Below, piece by piece: positions 1 through 9,317 of a DNA stretch of 64,000 bases. The DNA is taken from positions 1-64,000 of the IMG/VR virus record IMGVR_UViG_3300029288_000113; one strand, 5' to 3'. The position numbers and the translations under genes were made by a program. The stretch's first letter is position 1, and each line of letters opens with the position of its first letter. The notes beneath the pieces are model-generated. The model was not told the origin of the DNA. It did no database searches and worked only from the letters and a program-made list of their open reading frames with translations. This stretch comes from a virus. Its lineage: Duplodnaviria > Caudoviricetes.

Positions 1-555
1 TTGATTTTGAAGGTTATCGATTGGACCATTGACTGCCGGTAGGCTGATTATCCTGGTGTCAATCATCCGCAAGCACGGGATGGATACATTGGTCTTGCGC
101 ACGGTGATAGATCCACCAAGGAGGGGCAGTTCCACCTGTTCGCCCAAATACTGATTCACATCATCAGGCATCCCCACAGGCATGACCGCCTGCTGGACAT
201 AGAACCCGGCCTTGGCGTACCATTTGGCTGTGGCGTGGACTGCCGGAGTCAGATATTGGGCGTAGGTATAGGACTCGTTCTCGGCCGGTGGCTCGGTATT
301 ATACAGGTACTTGTTCAAGTATTCCTCGGCATCAGCTTCGGTGCAGGGGCTGATGCAGCCTGGCTTGGCCAGTGGCACCAACGGGCGTTCCTCCGGGTGG
401 CTGATCTCCACGGTCATGAAGTCCAGTGCCTTTCGAAGCATCCCGGCCCGTGAGCCGCCGTCCTTGCGGTATTCCCGGCCACGGTCCATGATCTCCTGCA
501 TGATGCCCAGCCATGCCTGTTCCAGGTTGCGGACCTTGAGGTGGGCGGTGATCAT
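1..555 (-). CDS. Thymidylate synthase / dNMP hydroxymethylase family protein (3' end runs off window)
   Basis: Own translation, absent from the ORF track because there is no stop in the window: MITAHLKVRNLEQAWLGIMQEIMDRGREY...NESYTYAQYL...SIPCLRMIDTR. YTY and catalytic PC motifs resemble archaeal/phage-type TS. Confidence 0.7.
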   Translation of the reverse strand, partial: MITAHLKVRNLEQAWLGIMQEIMDRGREYRKDGGSRAGMLRKALDFMTVEISHPEERPLVPLAKPGCISPCTEADAEEYLNKYLYNTEPPAENESYTYAQYLTPAVHATAKWYAKAGFYVQQAVMPVGMPDDVNQYLGEQVELPLLGGSITVRKTNVSIPCLRMIDTRIISLPAVNGPIDNLQNQ

Positions 556-701
556 AGTGCCAACCCCAGGATCAAGAGTATGCTGGTCACCAATGTGCAA
601 CCTGCTGCGGCCCAACCATTGCCCTGGATAGCCTGGGTGATGGACATGAAAAGGGCATAGAACATCCCACCAAAACAGATCGCATTAACCCAAGGGATCA
701 T
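552..701 (-). CDS. Small membrane protein (49 aa)
   Basis: MIPWVNAICFGGMFYALFMSI...; hydrophobic; ATGA overlap with the next gene. Confidence 0.5.
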   Translation of the reverse strand: MIPWVNAICFGGMFYALFMSITQAIQGNGWAAAGCTLVTSILLILGLAL

Positions 702-859
702 AATTTAGAGGTCTCCTCGAATATCAGGCACATCCAGGTTATGGGCCAGAAGATGCCTGATATGATAGAGATGAATGCATTTGATTCAAACTTGCCACAC
801 AACATATATATGGCAGTGGCATAACCAGCGACTATGTATCCACATATTGGCCAGATCAT
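698..859 (-). CDS. Small membrane protein (53 aa)
   Basis: MIWPICGYIVAGYATAIY...SGIFWPITWMCLIF; ATGA overlap. Confidence 0.5.
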   Translation of the reverse strand: MIWPICGYIVAGYATAIYMLCGKFESNAFISIISGIFWPITWMCLIFEETSKL

Positions 860-862
860 TGC

Positions 863-1321
863 CTATTCCTTCCACCAAGGCCTGAAGTATTTCAGCCTCA
901 GCATCATATCGGCAAAACATCCGGTGAAGCACATGGCCCGGTCATCAATGTAGGCCATGGCCGGCACCTTTTCATTGGTGGCCCTGATTTTATAGCCCTT
1001 GCAAAAACCGTGCTTTAATGCCCAGGAAATAACCTTATCCGGGGGCCTGGTGGAATGGACCACTATCTCATAGCCTTGCTCGTTCAGCCAATCCAGGAAA
1101 TCACCTGCACCAGGCATGGGATCGCCGATATGGTCAGGCCCCTTCCAACCGGAGTACTGGGCCAGGACCCCATCCAGGTCCACACAGATGGTCTTGCTGC
1201 CGGCCTTGTAGCAGTCATAGCATTCGGACTCGCGGCCCTTGACGGTGATCCGCTTCTCCGGGGTTATGACCCGGTCGCACTTGGAGCAGATTCTTGGCAG
1301 TGTCTCACATCTACAATTCAT
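863..1321 (-). CDS. HAD-superfamily hydrolase (nucleotidase-like) with N-terminal Cys cluster
   Basis: ICVDLDGVL motif I, VHSTR motif II, K..YIDD motif III/IV; start MNCRC overlaps the upstream stop. Confidence 0.75.
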   Translation of the reverse strand: MNCRCETLPRICSKCDRVITPEKRITVKGRESECYDCYKAGSKTICVDLDGVLAQYSGWKGPDHIGDPMPGAGDFLDWLNEQGYEIVVHSTRPPDKVISWALKHGFCKGYKIRATNEKVPAMAYIDDRAMCFTGCFADMMLRLKYFRPWWKE

Positions 1322-1734
1322 ATTCTCCTTGCCCTCCTGACCACCGGCTCCAGGCATTTGAGTTCCGGGGACCAGCAACCATATTCCTGGATTACCTCGG
1401 GGAATTCTTGGATGGGGTGCTGCCTGAGTGCCCACCGGCCGGCGTCGGTCCTGATGATATGGCAGAGCTCGTGGTAGAGCAGGGGTGCCCGGTGATCATT
1501 ATGGGTTTCCCAATATTGCTGCCAGAGCACAATAACATAGTCATAGTCTGGCAGGAGGTGTCGCCATGGGCCACCGGCCAGGCAGCACTTGCCTGCCCAC
1601 TTGGACTTCTTCATGGGTTTGAGCAGGTACTTGACCCTGGCCTTGGCGAAATCTGCCTCGGGATGAATCTGGATCAAGCTGGAGACCAGATCCATGACCT
1701 CATGCGGGGCATCTGTGTAGTCTATATCAGGCAT
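1318..1734 (-). CDS. Putative phage metallopeptidase
   Basis: LLYHELCHI HExxH with downstream H..EF. Confidence 0.7.
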   Translation of the reverse strand: MPDIDYTDAPHEVMDLVSSLIQIHPEADFAKARVKYLLKPMKKSKWAGKCCLAGGPWRHLLPDYDYVIVLWQQYWETHNDHRAPLLYHELCHIIRTDAGRWALRQHPIQEFPEVIQEYGCWSPELKCLEPVVRRARRI

Positions 1735-1996
1735 GGTCGGCCCCCATCTTTCTACTGGAAATGCCCCTGATGGTCAGGTCGGTATGAACGGTGGCGGAGC
1801 TCGCCACGAATTGTCTGAGGGGGTCATCCATGGTGGTGATGTCGATGTATGCCGGCTCGATGGACCTGACCAGTAGGCCGGTGTCCCGGGTGAATTCCTG
1901 GACCAGGGGGATGATCTTCAAGGCCAATTCGGCCTTCTTAGATTCTATTTCCTGGTCCAGATCAGCGATCTTTTGTAACAATTCCTGTGTGGGCAT
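1727..1996 (-). CDS. Hypothetical protein
   Basis: Tightly packed ORF in the operon with RBS (GGAGG). Confidence 0.6.
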   Translation of the reverse strand: MPTQELLQKIADLDQEIESKKAELALKIIPLVQEFTRDTGLLVRSIEPAYIDITTMDDPLRQFVASSATVHTDLTIRGISSRKMGADHA

Positions 1997-2264
1997 GGTT
2001 AGCCTCCGTCCTTAGGTAATGGGCCATCTGGCAGACCCAGATGCAATTGGCGGTCACTATCGATAGGCCACCGGTGAATGACAGCCATTGGTCCAGGTTC
2101 GGGTAGTAATACAGGTTCCATATCCCCCAGACAGCAAAGAAGCCAGTGGTCAGGAAGCTGACTCCCCGGACCAGCTTCTGCCTATGGAGGAGCAGTATGC
2201 TCCTCCATATGAACAGCGAGCCCATGAGCTCGAACATGCCATTGATGAGGTCTGGAGTGGTCAT
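1962..2264 (-). CDS. Small 3-TM membrane protein (PQ-loop/SemiSWEET-like)
   Basis: Three hydrophobic helices; K.VRGVS motif. Confidence 0.5.
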   Translation of the reverse strand: MTTPDLINGMFELMGSLFIWRSILLLHRQKLVRGVSFLTTGFFAVWGIWNLYYYPNLDQWLSFTGGLSIVTANCIWVCQMAHYLRTEANHAHTGIVTKDR

Positions 2265-2719
2265 GGCTCGGGCACGTCCGATGGATCTTCCTTGACACAG
2301 CAGCCCTCCAGCCTGTCCACGTGAGCCAGCAATTCCCTGTAGTCAAGGAACCAATCCATCATCCGGCGCATCAGGCCCACATTCTCACCCTTGGCCCATA
2401 GCCCGACAATCTGCGGATATCCGCAGGATTGCCTGATGGCCCAGGCAGCGCCTACCTCAGCCCATGCATCTTGGCCTGAGGGCCCGATGTAGATCACAAG
2501 ATCGGATTCAGTGGCCCCATGCAGATCATGATAGAATTTCTCGGTACCGTCATCCGACCAGATCCATTCCTCGAAGTCAAACTTCATTCCATCTCGGCCT
2601 TCGTCATCAACGGCCTTGCGGACAAACGATATGACCTGATGGCCCCGGGCTTCGAGTAGGTCGGTCAGCATCTCGACTGCATGTTGATTCTTCCAAGAAC
2701 TGGCAATATAGATTCTCAT
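2261..2719 (-). CDS. Nucleoside 2-deoxyribosyltransferase-like protein
   Basis: RIYIASSW N-terminus, D...SDLVI, G.DAWAEVGAA catalytic-Glu motif. Confidence 0.7.
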   Translation of the reverse strand: MRIYIASSWKNQHAVEMLTDLLEARGHQVISFVRKAVDDEGRDGMKFDFEEWIWSDDGTEKFYHDLHGATESDLVIYIGPSGQDAWAEVGAAWAIRQSCGYPQIVGLWAKGENVGLMRRMMDWFLDYRELLAHVDRLEGCCVKEDPSDVPEP

Positions 2720-2723
2720 CTGG

Positions 2724-4406
2724 TCACCATGGGCAGGACTGGAATTCCCTTTCCGATTTCCATAGGGCCTGGGCCTCTGCCTCGGCTCGCTTCTCCCAGG
2801 CCTGGGCCATCCTTGATCCCACTGACCTTCTCCTTGCCTCGGTAGCTGCCCATTCCAACATCTCCGAATTGAACCTCTCTGTCGATGGTTGCCCTGGCAG
2901 GAGGAATCCGGGATGCGCCATGGGGTTGTCCCTTATTATAGCCGATTTGAGGTATCGGCCTAGCCAGTCCATGAATGTCAGGCAGATTCCTGATTCCCTG
3001 TGGGACATGAACCTGTCCTTTAGTGCAGAGTTGTAGTGGGCTTCGATCCTGGCCAATACCCATGCCAGGTTGCCCAGGTCGGCACCGGGCATGGCCGCCC
3101 TGACCAGCCGGATAGCCGGCTCCAGATGTCCGGGCACTGCCATCGGTTTTGGTGCATGATTAATGGCCTTGGGCCTCAAGAACCAAACATGAATGATCCT
3201 GCTAAACCCGGTATGTGACAGCAGGGCATCCCTGACACTGACCTTGGCCACCGTGCCTGTATAGCCGTAGGCTGGTGACAGGCTGTCGGACACCATCTGG
3301 AATAGCCTGGCCATCTCCGACCTGGTGAACCTCTTCTTGAACAGGGCCTCGACCTGGTCCCTGCTGATGCCCCTCCTGCCCAGGTCATGGACTATCTTTT
3401 CCCTGATGTTGGCATCAAACCTCTCGTGGGTGGCCAGCCCACCATAGAGTGCCCTGAGCACCTTGATGTCCGCCTTGATGTTGTCGTCGGTGGTGCTGGT
3501 GGATACATGGTCCTGGGCCCAGGCAAGGTTCCTGAGCTCATACAGCCACCCGGGGTCAGGTGGGGCGAGTTGATCGTTGGTCAATGGCCTTATGCTGCTG
3601 TTCTTGGTGAGGCGCCCCTGCATGGGGATTGTATTTTTCATATCTAGTTCTCCTGAGTTTGCCGCATGGGGAGGTTGATCATTCAGGAAAAGGGGCGAAG
3701 CACCTTTAATGGGATCTTTAGATCCCATATTACCCCTAGTATCCTCTAAGTCCCCCTTTATTAAGGGGTATAAAAAATTATAGGGTTGTTTATAAAAAAT
3801 TATAGGGTTCCCATATAAAAAATTATAGGGTTCTGGGTGGAGTTTGATAGCGATTTTCTTGAGGTTTAACTTGTATGTTTGCTCAGTGATCTGGAGCTTT
3901 TTAAGATACCACTTCCAAGAATCTCCTTCAGCACACCTGATGTCAATGACTCCCATGATCAATTTCTGGGTCAGATTGAGGTCTGGGTGATTCCAAATTT
4001 TAGGTGGTATCTTTACAGACTTGGGTTTGGGGTCATTTGGAACTTGTATGGTTAACCATATTTGGCGTCCACGGTGCTGGCCATCGCGCTTGATCAGGCC
4101 ATCCCTTTCTAGCTTATGGAGGATTTTATGGATTGACTGTGGTGATTTACTTATTTTTGCTCTTCGAGATATTTCACCATTTCCCAATATACAAGGGTTG
4201 GCTCCCCAGTGTGTAGACAGTGTGATGATGGACAAGACAAGCAGGCCCTGGGACGATCGCAGGGACGAAAACCCGGGTTCTCCTCTTCTTTCGAGAATAA
4301 ATCTTGGTATGATAATGAAGGATTGGTTTTCTTGAGGTGTTCTATTATTTTCGTCTTTGTTTCTTTGAGGATTTTCTGGGCATACCTGTCCTGCGGATTT
4401 TGGCAT
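2724..4406 (-). CDS. Replication initiator protein (winged HTH, internal iterons)
   Basis: FIIIP N-terminus, HTH (ISRRAKISKSPQSIHKILHKLERDGLI), internal 19-bp repeats; GGAGGT RBS supports the MPKSAG start over the upstream GTG at 4553. Confidence 0.65.
   Translation of the reverse strand: MPKSAGQVCPENPQRNKDENNRTPQENQSFIIIPRFILERRGEPGFSSLRSSQGLLVLSIITLSTHWGANPCILGNGEISRRAKISKSPQSIHKILHKLERDGLIKRDGQHRGRQIWLTIQVPNDPKPKSVKIPPKIWNHPDLNLTQKLIMGVIDIRCAEGDSWKWYLKKLQITEQTYKLNLKKIAIKLHPEPYNFLYGNPIIFYKQPYNFLYPLIKGDLEDTRGNMGSKDPIKGASPLFLNDQPPHAANSGELDMKNTIPMQGRLTKNSSIRPLTNDQLAPPDPGWLYELRNLAWAQDHVSTSTTDDNIKADIKVLRALYGGLATHERFDANIREKIVHDLGRRGISRDQVEALFKKRFTRSEMARLFQMVSDSLSPAYGYTGTVAKVSVRDALLSHTGFSRIIHVWFLRPKAINHAPKPMAVPGHLEPAIRLVRAAMPGADLGNLAWVLARIEAHYNSALKDRFMSHRESGICLTFMDWLGRYLKSAIIRDNPMAHPGFLLPGQPSTERFNSEMLEWAATEARRRSVGSRMAQAWEKRAEAEAQALWKSEREFQSCPW
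3769..3832. repeat. Three iterons TATAAAAAATTATAGGGTT (candidate replication origin)
   Basis: Identical 19-mers at 3769, 3791 and 3814 (22/23-bp period) in an AT-rich patch of the initiator gene. Confidence 0.8.
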
Positions 4407-4565
4407 TGCTTTGACCTCCGAACCGTAAACGAAAAATTGATAACTTCGCCCATACAACAGCTCCGTCTGGTTAAAGGAAGGGACTTCAGACCGGGAAGGA
4501 AGGACCTGGGGCATCCCGCCAAAGACACCCCAGGCTGGCGATAGGAACTTCACGGTTTGGAGTCA

Positions 4566-4600
4566 GGATTAATTATAAATATTCGGGCCCGAAAACCCTA
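4566..4600 (-). promoter_or_regulatory. Class A promoter motif TAGGGTT-N9-GAATATTTATAATTAATCC upstream of the replication initiator
   Basis: Matches the copies at 28524, 35296 and 60361. Confidence 0.75.
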
Positions 4601-4615
4601 ATATTTTTTACCTGG

Positions 4616-4867
4616 TCACCTGACCTCCCTTATGTTCGTGAAGCCCTTGGATTTCAGGGCCTCGATGGTGTACATGAACTCGGCCTTGTATTGCTGGTCT
4701 GCGCCCATGCCTGCCCATGTGGCGGAGTCACACCTGCCTCTCCAAATGTACCTCCACTCCCCGGTCTGGGGGTTGGTCATCATTACCCGGTCCGGTACCC
4801 TGGGCCCAGGCGCCGCGCACCCAATGACCCATGTCAGCAGCAGTATTATCCCGGTAATCCTTTTCAT
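4616..4867 (-). CDS. Small lipoprotein
   Basis: Signal peptide with lipobox VIGC. Confidence 0.55.
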   Translation of the reverse strand: MKRITGIILLLTWVIGCAAPGPRVPDRVMMTNPQTGEWRYIWRGRCDSATWAGMGADQQYKAEFMYTIEALKSKGFTNIREVR

Positions 4868-5394
4868 CTCATCTCACCTCCCTGGCCCCTTGCGGCCATG
4901 ATGTCCTTGAGGTTGTCAAACGACAACGGCATGAAGCCGTTGTTGTCCACCCCTACGTCATGCTGCAGGCCCTTGGGGGGCATGATGCCGTGCGAATGGC
5001 CGTACAGCTGCCAGCTGCCGTAATGGCTGCGGTCCCAGACCCTCATCGCATAGTGGCACATGACGATGACCTGCCCTTTGGGTATTATGGTCGAAAGGTG
5101 GTCAATCTGTCTTGATTGGAATTCATCATCCTTGATCCATTTGTCATGGTTGCCGATGATCAGCCTCACCTGCAGCCCATGGTCGTCGCACCTGCTCAGG
5201 AACTTCCTGGCAATGCCGGCCTTGAAGGTCAGGTCGCCCAGGAAATACAGGGTGTCCCCTTTCCTGACCGAGCTGAATAGGTTGTGAAGTATGACCGTAT
5301 CCATTTCCAACACGGATTGGAATGGCCTCTTGCAGTACTTGATGATGTTTTGATGGCCGAGGTGATAGTCGGCACTGAACCAGATCATTATCAC
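4864..5394 (-). CDS. Calcineurin-like metallophosphoesterase
   Basis: DYHLGH, LGD, GNHD, GHSH motifs. Confidence 0.9.
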   Translation of the reverse strand: MIMIWFSADYHLGHQNIIKYCKRPFQSVLEMDTVILHNLFSSVRKGDTLYFLGDLTFKAGIARKFLSRCDDHGLQVRLIIGNHDKWIKDDEFQSRQIDHLSTIIPKGQVIVMCHYAMRVWDRSHYGSWQLYGHSHGIMPPKGLQHDVGVDNNGFMPLSFDNLKDIMAARGQGGEMR

Positions 5395-6293
5395 CCTCCT
5401 AGGAGTTCATTTTTTAGCCTCGCGGCCTCCTCGTCGGTCATGTCCCCCGGGTCCCCATGGCTGAGCACCATGTTCCTGGCTTCCGTCCCGGTGGCCTCCA
5501 GGGCTCCGCACAGTTCCCGGGCATGGCATTGTGCCTCCGGCTCCGGGTCATAGACCACGAAGACCCGTCCGAACCTGGATGAGAGGAGCAGCACCTGCCC
5601 AGGGGTGAACGATGTGCCGAATGTGGAGCAGCAGTCGTCGCCCAGGCGCCAGGTGTCCATGAACCCCTCGACCACCAGGACTTCATCCCTGTGGCAGTTG
5701 TCAAGGTTGTAGCAGATGGTCTTGTGGTCGACTAGTTCCAGCTCCTTGGGGCATGCCTTGTACTTAGCCGGATGCCGGCCTGTGATGTCCCGCCCCTGGT
5801 ATGACACCCAGCGGCCATCGAGGATGACCGGTGCCATGACCCTCCATGCGTATGGCCCGATCCCGGCCGTGGCCATGATGCCATACTTGGCTGCGAGAAA
5901 ATCAGGATTGAACCCACGGCCCTGTAGGTATTGCCTGTGCCAGCCGGTCAGCTCCCCGGCCCCGGGAGGCCAGTTGATGGTGCCCTGGAGCCCCTGGGCC
6001 TTTCTTGGTTTCGATGTGATCAGATGATCATCATGGTACCTGTTGACAATCCCGCAGGCCTCATGCCATTGGCATCCCTCCAGGGCCATGACCACGTCCT
6101 CGGCCTTGTGGCTGCCGCAGCGCCAGCAATGGAAGTGCCCCTTGGCCAGGTTGTAGCCCAGATACGCCTTGCCTGGGGTGCTGCCATATATTTCGGACCT
6201 ACAGAGCGGGCAGGGGATGTTCAGCCACTCCCTGCCCGGCTCGGCTCTGATGCCCCTGTCTCGTAGGTATGCCTGGAAGTTAAATGGCATCAC
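5391..6293 (-). CDS. DNA primase (Zn finger + TOPRIM)
   Basis: CPLC...HCWRC; YQGR; VVEGFMD TOPRIM; DPGD. Confidence 0.85.
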   Translation of the reverse strand: MMPFNFQAYLRDRGIRAEPGREWLNIPCPLCRSEIYGSTPGKAYLGYNLAKGHFHCWRCGSHKAEDVVMALEGCQWHEACGIVNRYHDDHLITSKPRKAQGLQGTINWPPGAGELTGWHRQYLQGRGFNPDFLAAKYGIMATAGIGPYAWRVMAPVILDGRWVSYQGRDITGRHPAKYKACPKELELVDHKTICYNLDNCHRDEVLVVEGFMDTWRLGDDCCSTFGTSFTPGQVLLLSSRFGRVFVVYDPEPEAQCHARELCGALEATGTEARNMVLSHGDPGDMTDEEAARLKNELLGG

Positions 6294-6697
6294 CAGTCCA
6301 TCCCGAGCCTGATTGGGTCGGCAGACATGCCCTTGCTCAAGTCACCGGAATGGGCTATCTTCAGGGCGGTCTCGGCCTGCCTGAGTCTGCTGCTCAGTAT
6401 GGCAATCTGGCGCCGCTTACGGGCCATGAATCCCTTCAGTGCCCCTTCCCTTGTGGGATAGGCGAATTTCTTGCGATTGTTCTTGCCAATCCACCGAGGC
6501 TTCTCTTCATGGTCGAAGAACAGGTGATCTGGGTTCTCTTTCTTGTCTTTATGGTGTTTGTCCGGGTGCACCCACCAGCCACAAGGGGTCTCCTTGACCA
6601 GGTAGAATATGGTCTCCTGGACCCTGGTCTCGGTGGTATGATCGCTCACCCAATAGGTTATGTTGTCGTAGCGATAGAATTCCTCGGGCTCGGTCAT
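6290..6697 (-). CDS. Hypothetical phage protein
   Basis: KETPCGWWV...KFAYPT.E.AL pattern; overlapping start/stop. Confidence 0.6.
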   Translation of the reverse strand: MTEPEEFYRYDNITYWVSDHTTETRVQETIFYLVKETPCGWWVHPDKHHKDKKENPDHLFFDHEEKPRWIGKNNRKKFAYPTREGALKGFMARKRRQIAILSSRLRQAETALKIAHSGDLSKGMSADPIRLGMDW

Positions 6698-7341
6698 TTC
6701 CGTGCCCTTCTGGGATTGACCTCCACCGGGGTCAGGCCCCGCTTGACGATCCGATCTAGCTCATCATCGGTCTCAGTGCCCCGGATCACGTACTCGATGG
6801 CCTTGGGTTTGAAGACTGAGAAGATGGCCGGTTTCCAGATTAATTCCCCTGATGGAGGATTGGTGCTGACAGTATATCCTTTCCTGTGGGCCAAAAGTAC
6901 CCATGTCTTGCCCAATTCAAACGCCTTGGGCACGCTGCTGATCCTGCGGCTGATGCCCTGGCCATGGGCCTCGGTCAGGAAGTCCAGTGGTGTCGGGTAG
7001 AACTTCTCACCGATCCAGATGAGGCCCGCCCGCCCCATTTCCTTGGGCCTGGCCAATGGGCACGGTATGGACTCCACAGCCTCATTCCAGGGGACACAGG
7101 CTGATGCCAGTTCCAATATCTTGTTGCAACTGTGGTCGGCCTCAAAGAGTTTGCCACAGTCCACCCATGTCCAACCCCGGGCTGGATGGATCCCGGCCCC
7201 GCATGTCGGGCACACCGTCAGCGGCCATGGGAGCTTGCAGCATGAGAGCCCCTCGCTCGGCCCCACCAGGTATATGCCACCCGGCTTCCTGAACCCGCAG
7301 CCACGTCTTGCCTCGATCCTGGTCTCAATGTGTATGGTCAT
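6694..7341 (-). CDS. Hypothetical Cys-rich phage protein
   Basis: RGCGFRKPGGIYL, CPTC; overlapping start/stop. Confidence 0.65.
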   Translation of the reverse strand: MTIHIETRIEARRGCGFRKPGGIYLVGPSEGLSCCKLPWPLTVCPTCGAGIHPARGWTWVDCGKLFEADHSCNKILELASACVPWNEAVESIPCPLARPKEMGRAGLIWIGEKFYPTPLDFLTEAHGQGISRRISSVPKAFELGKTWVLLAHRKGYTVSTNPPSGELIWKPAIFSVFKPKAIEYVIRGTETDDELDRIVKRGLTPVEVNPRRARK

Positions 7342-7640
7342 GATTTTCTCCTGCTGAATCGGAAATATGCATCGTAATCCTCACCGCAACCTGGTTTGTC
7401 ATACTCGACCTTCCAACCTGCAGACTGGTAGGCGGCCTCGAAATCAAGCCAGTGTCGGTCGAAAATTTGTTGCCGATCGAATCCCCTGTTGACCAATTTT
7501 TTGACAATTTCATCCTGTTTGATGGTGACAGAGGTTCCGTTAAATTTTTCAGAAAGCAATTGGTTGACCACACTGAAGACCTCATCCGGGATTTGTTTTC
7601 CTGAAATGGCCTCGTCTGGGCTAATTGGTTTGATTGACAT
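7338..7640 (-). CDS. Hypothetical protein
   Basis: MSIKPISPDE...YQSAGWKVEYDKP. Confidence 0.6.
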   Translation of the reverse strand: MSIKPISPDEAISGKQIPDEVFSVVNQLLSEKFNGTSVTIKQDEIVKKLVNRGFDRQQIFDRHWLDFEAAYQSAGWKVEYDKPGCGEDYDAYFRFSRRKS

Positions 7641-7778
7641 CTTAGAACCCCCTGGCCAGCATCCAGCCGAACAGGCCACCGATGGTCAGGCAAGAGATGA
7701 CGACCATGATCATACGGATGATCTTGTGAAAGATCGTTTCTTTTTGTCGTGATTTTCTGATCATTTTCCAATTGTTCT

Positions 7779-9317
7779 TCATTCTTCCCTCCTCACGGGT
7801 GTTGGCCCCTTAGCATTGGCCATCTTGGCCAGGGCCTTGTATGCCCTCATTCTTTCCGTGGCTGCAGACAGAAGTGTGGGTACGTTCACGTCCCGGTAGT
7901 CATGGACCACGGCGGCCTTCTCATCGGCCGGCCGCCCTATCCTGCCCAGATATTGGATCAGCCTGCTGCGGTCGGACAGTGGTGTGGCCAGGATCAGGTC
8001 CGATGGGGCGGACTCATCGAAACCCTCACCCAACAACTGGCCGGTCCCTAGGAGCACGTCTATGTCCCCGTGCCTGAGCGCCATCTCGGCGGCATTTTGT
8101 TCCTTCTTGGGCAACTTGCCGTGGGAGAATGCGGCCCGGATTCCCTTCTGTACGAGCATGGCGGTCAGCAGCTCAGTGTGCGCAGTGCGGTCTGACAGCA
8201 CCAGGCAGGGGCCACCGCCAGAGACCAGGACTCCGATGATGTCATTGACAATCATTGAGTTGCGGCCATGGTTTGTTGTCAGCTCATCAATGAGGCGGCC
8301 CCTCTCCTTATGCCTGATCATCTGATAGCTGGCCTTGGTCTGGTCATCGAGCTCCTCTCCGGAATGGTCCATGAATGCCTCCAGCCCGGTGCTGAATTCG
8401 GTGTCCTTGACCACCGGCCTGGGCAGCAGTATGTGGCCCTCCCTGACCAGATATCCATAGTCGATCTCGTGGACTATGGGCCCCAGCCTCCAGAAGATCA
8501 TCGGTGTCCGGCCGTCCTTGCGCCTCATGGTGGCCGAGAGTCCGATGGAGAAATAGGAGTCTGATTTGCCGATGGCCTTGTCAAAGGTGTAGGCTGGGCA
8601 GTGGTGGCATTCATCAAGGATCACCTGGCCGAAGTTATGCATGACATCGGTGGCGCACTTGACCAGGGTTTGCACAAGGGCAATGGTCACCCGGGGGCCG
8701 ATGTTCACCTTGCCTTCGGCAATGTAGCCGATCTCGTCCATGGACACATCCAGGGCAGGTGTATGGGCCTTCTTGCCGGGCCTTATGTCCTGCGGCCTGG
8801 TGCCTGCAATCCGCTCAGCCCATTGCCTCACCAGTTTGTTGGTGTGGACCACGATGATGGTGGGCTGCCTGCGCTTGGCAATGGCATACAGGCCCATGAT
8901 GGTCTTGCCTCCACCAGTGGGGCAGACAAGGCTCGAGAACCGGCGCCCCAGGACCACATCCATGGCATGCTGTTGGTATGGCCTCAGTTCCTTGAGGAAT
9001 TGGAAGTCGACAGGGGGAAGCATTGAGGTATTGTCCTGGATCTCATCGGGCCCGATGTCCAGGAATCGCATGAGGTCGGCCATGATGCCCCTGGGCAGGA
9101 CCAGGTTGTCGCGGTCCTGCCCCCAGCCGGTGATGAACTCAGGAAGGGGCCTGCCGTCGCTGCCGTATGGCCGGCCTCGGCGGCCCATGGCCTTGAGCCG
9201 ACCCAGGGCCTCGCCGTATGCCGGATTGCGGAACGTCAGGCGCTGCTTGATCTCCTGGACCTGGGCATCGGTGACCATGTCCAGGGGCACCCTGATGTTG
9301 TTGGAGATGGTTATCAT
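7779..9317 (-). CDS. SF2 DExH-box helicase
   Basis: LRPYQ, PTGGGKT, DECHH, SAT, EGFD, QYLGRIGR. Confidence 0.9.
   Translation of the reverse strand: MITISNNIRVPLDMVTDAQVQEIKQRLTFRNPAYGEALGRLKAMGRRGRPYGSDGRPLPEFITGWGQDRDNLVLPRGIMADLMRFLDIGPDEIQDNTSMLPPVDFQFLKELRPYQQHAMDVVLGRRFSSLVCPTGGGKTIMGLYAIAKRRQPTIIVVHTNKLVRQWAERIAGTRPQDIRPGKKAHTPALDVSMDEIGYIAEGKVNIGPRVTIALVQTLVKCATDVMHNFGQVILDECHHCPAYTFDKAIGKSDSYFSIGLSATMRRKDGRTPMIFWRLGPIVHEIDYGYLVREGHILLPRPVVKDTEFSTGLEAFMDHSGEELDDQTKASYQMIRHKERGRLIDELTTNHGRNSMIVNDIIGVLVSGGGPCLVLSDRTAHTELLTAMLVQKGIRAAFSHGKLPKKEQNAAEMALRHGDIDVLLGTGQLLGEGFDESAPSDLILATPLSDRSRLIQYLGRIGRPADEKAAVVHDYRDVNVPTLLSAATERMRAYKALAKMANAKGPTPVRREE

Noticed and set aside
3769-3832. Mini CRISPR array
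   Set aside because: Spacers are only 3-4 bp and no cas genes are present; fits iterons.
4407-4553. Longer GTG start of the initiator and the overlapping ORF 4151-4528
   Set aside because: The region is a hairpin-rich leader downstream of the promoter motif; the RBS supports the ATG at 4406.
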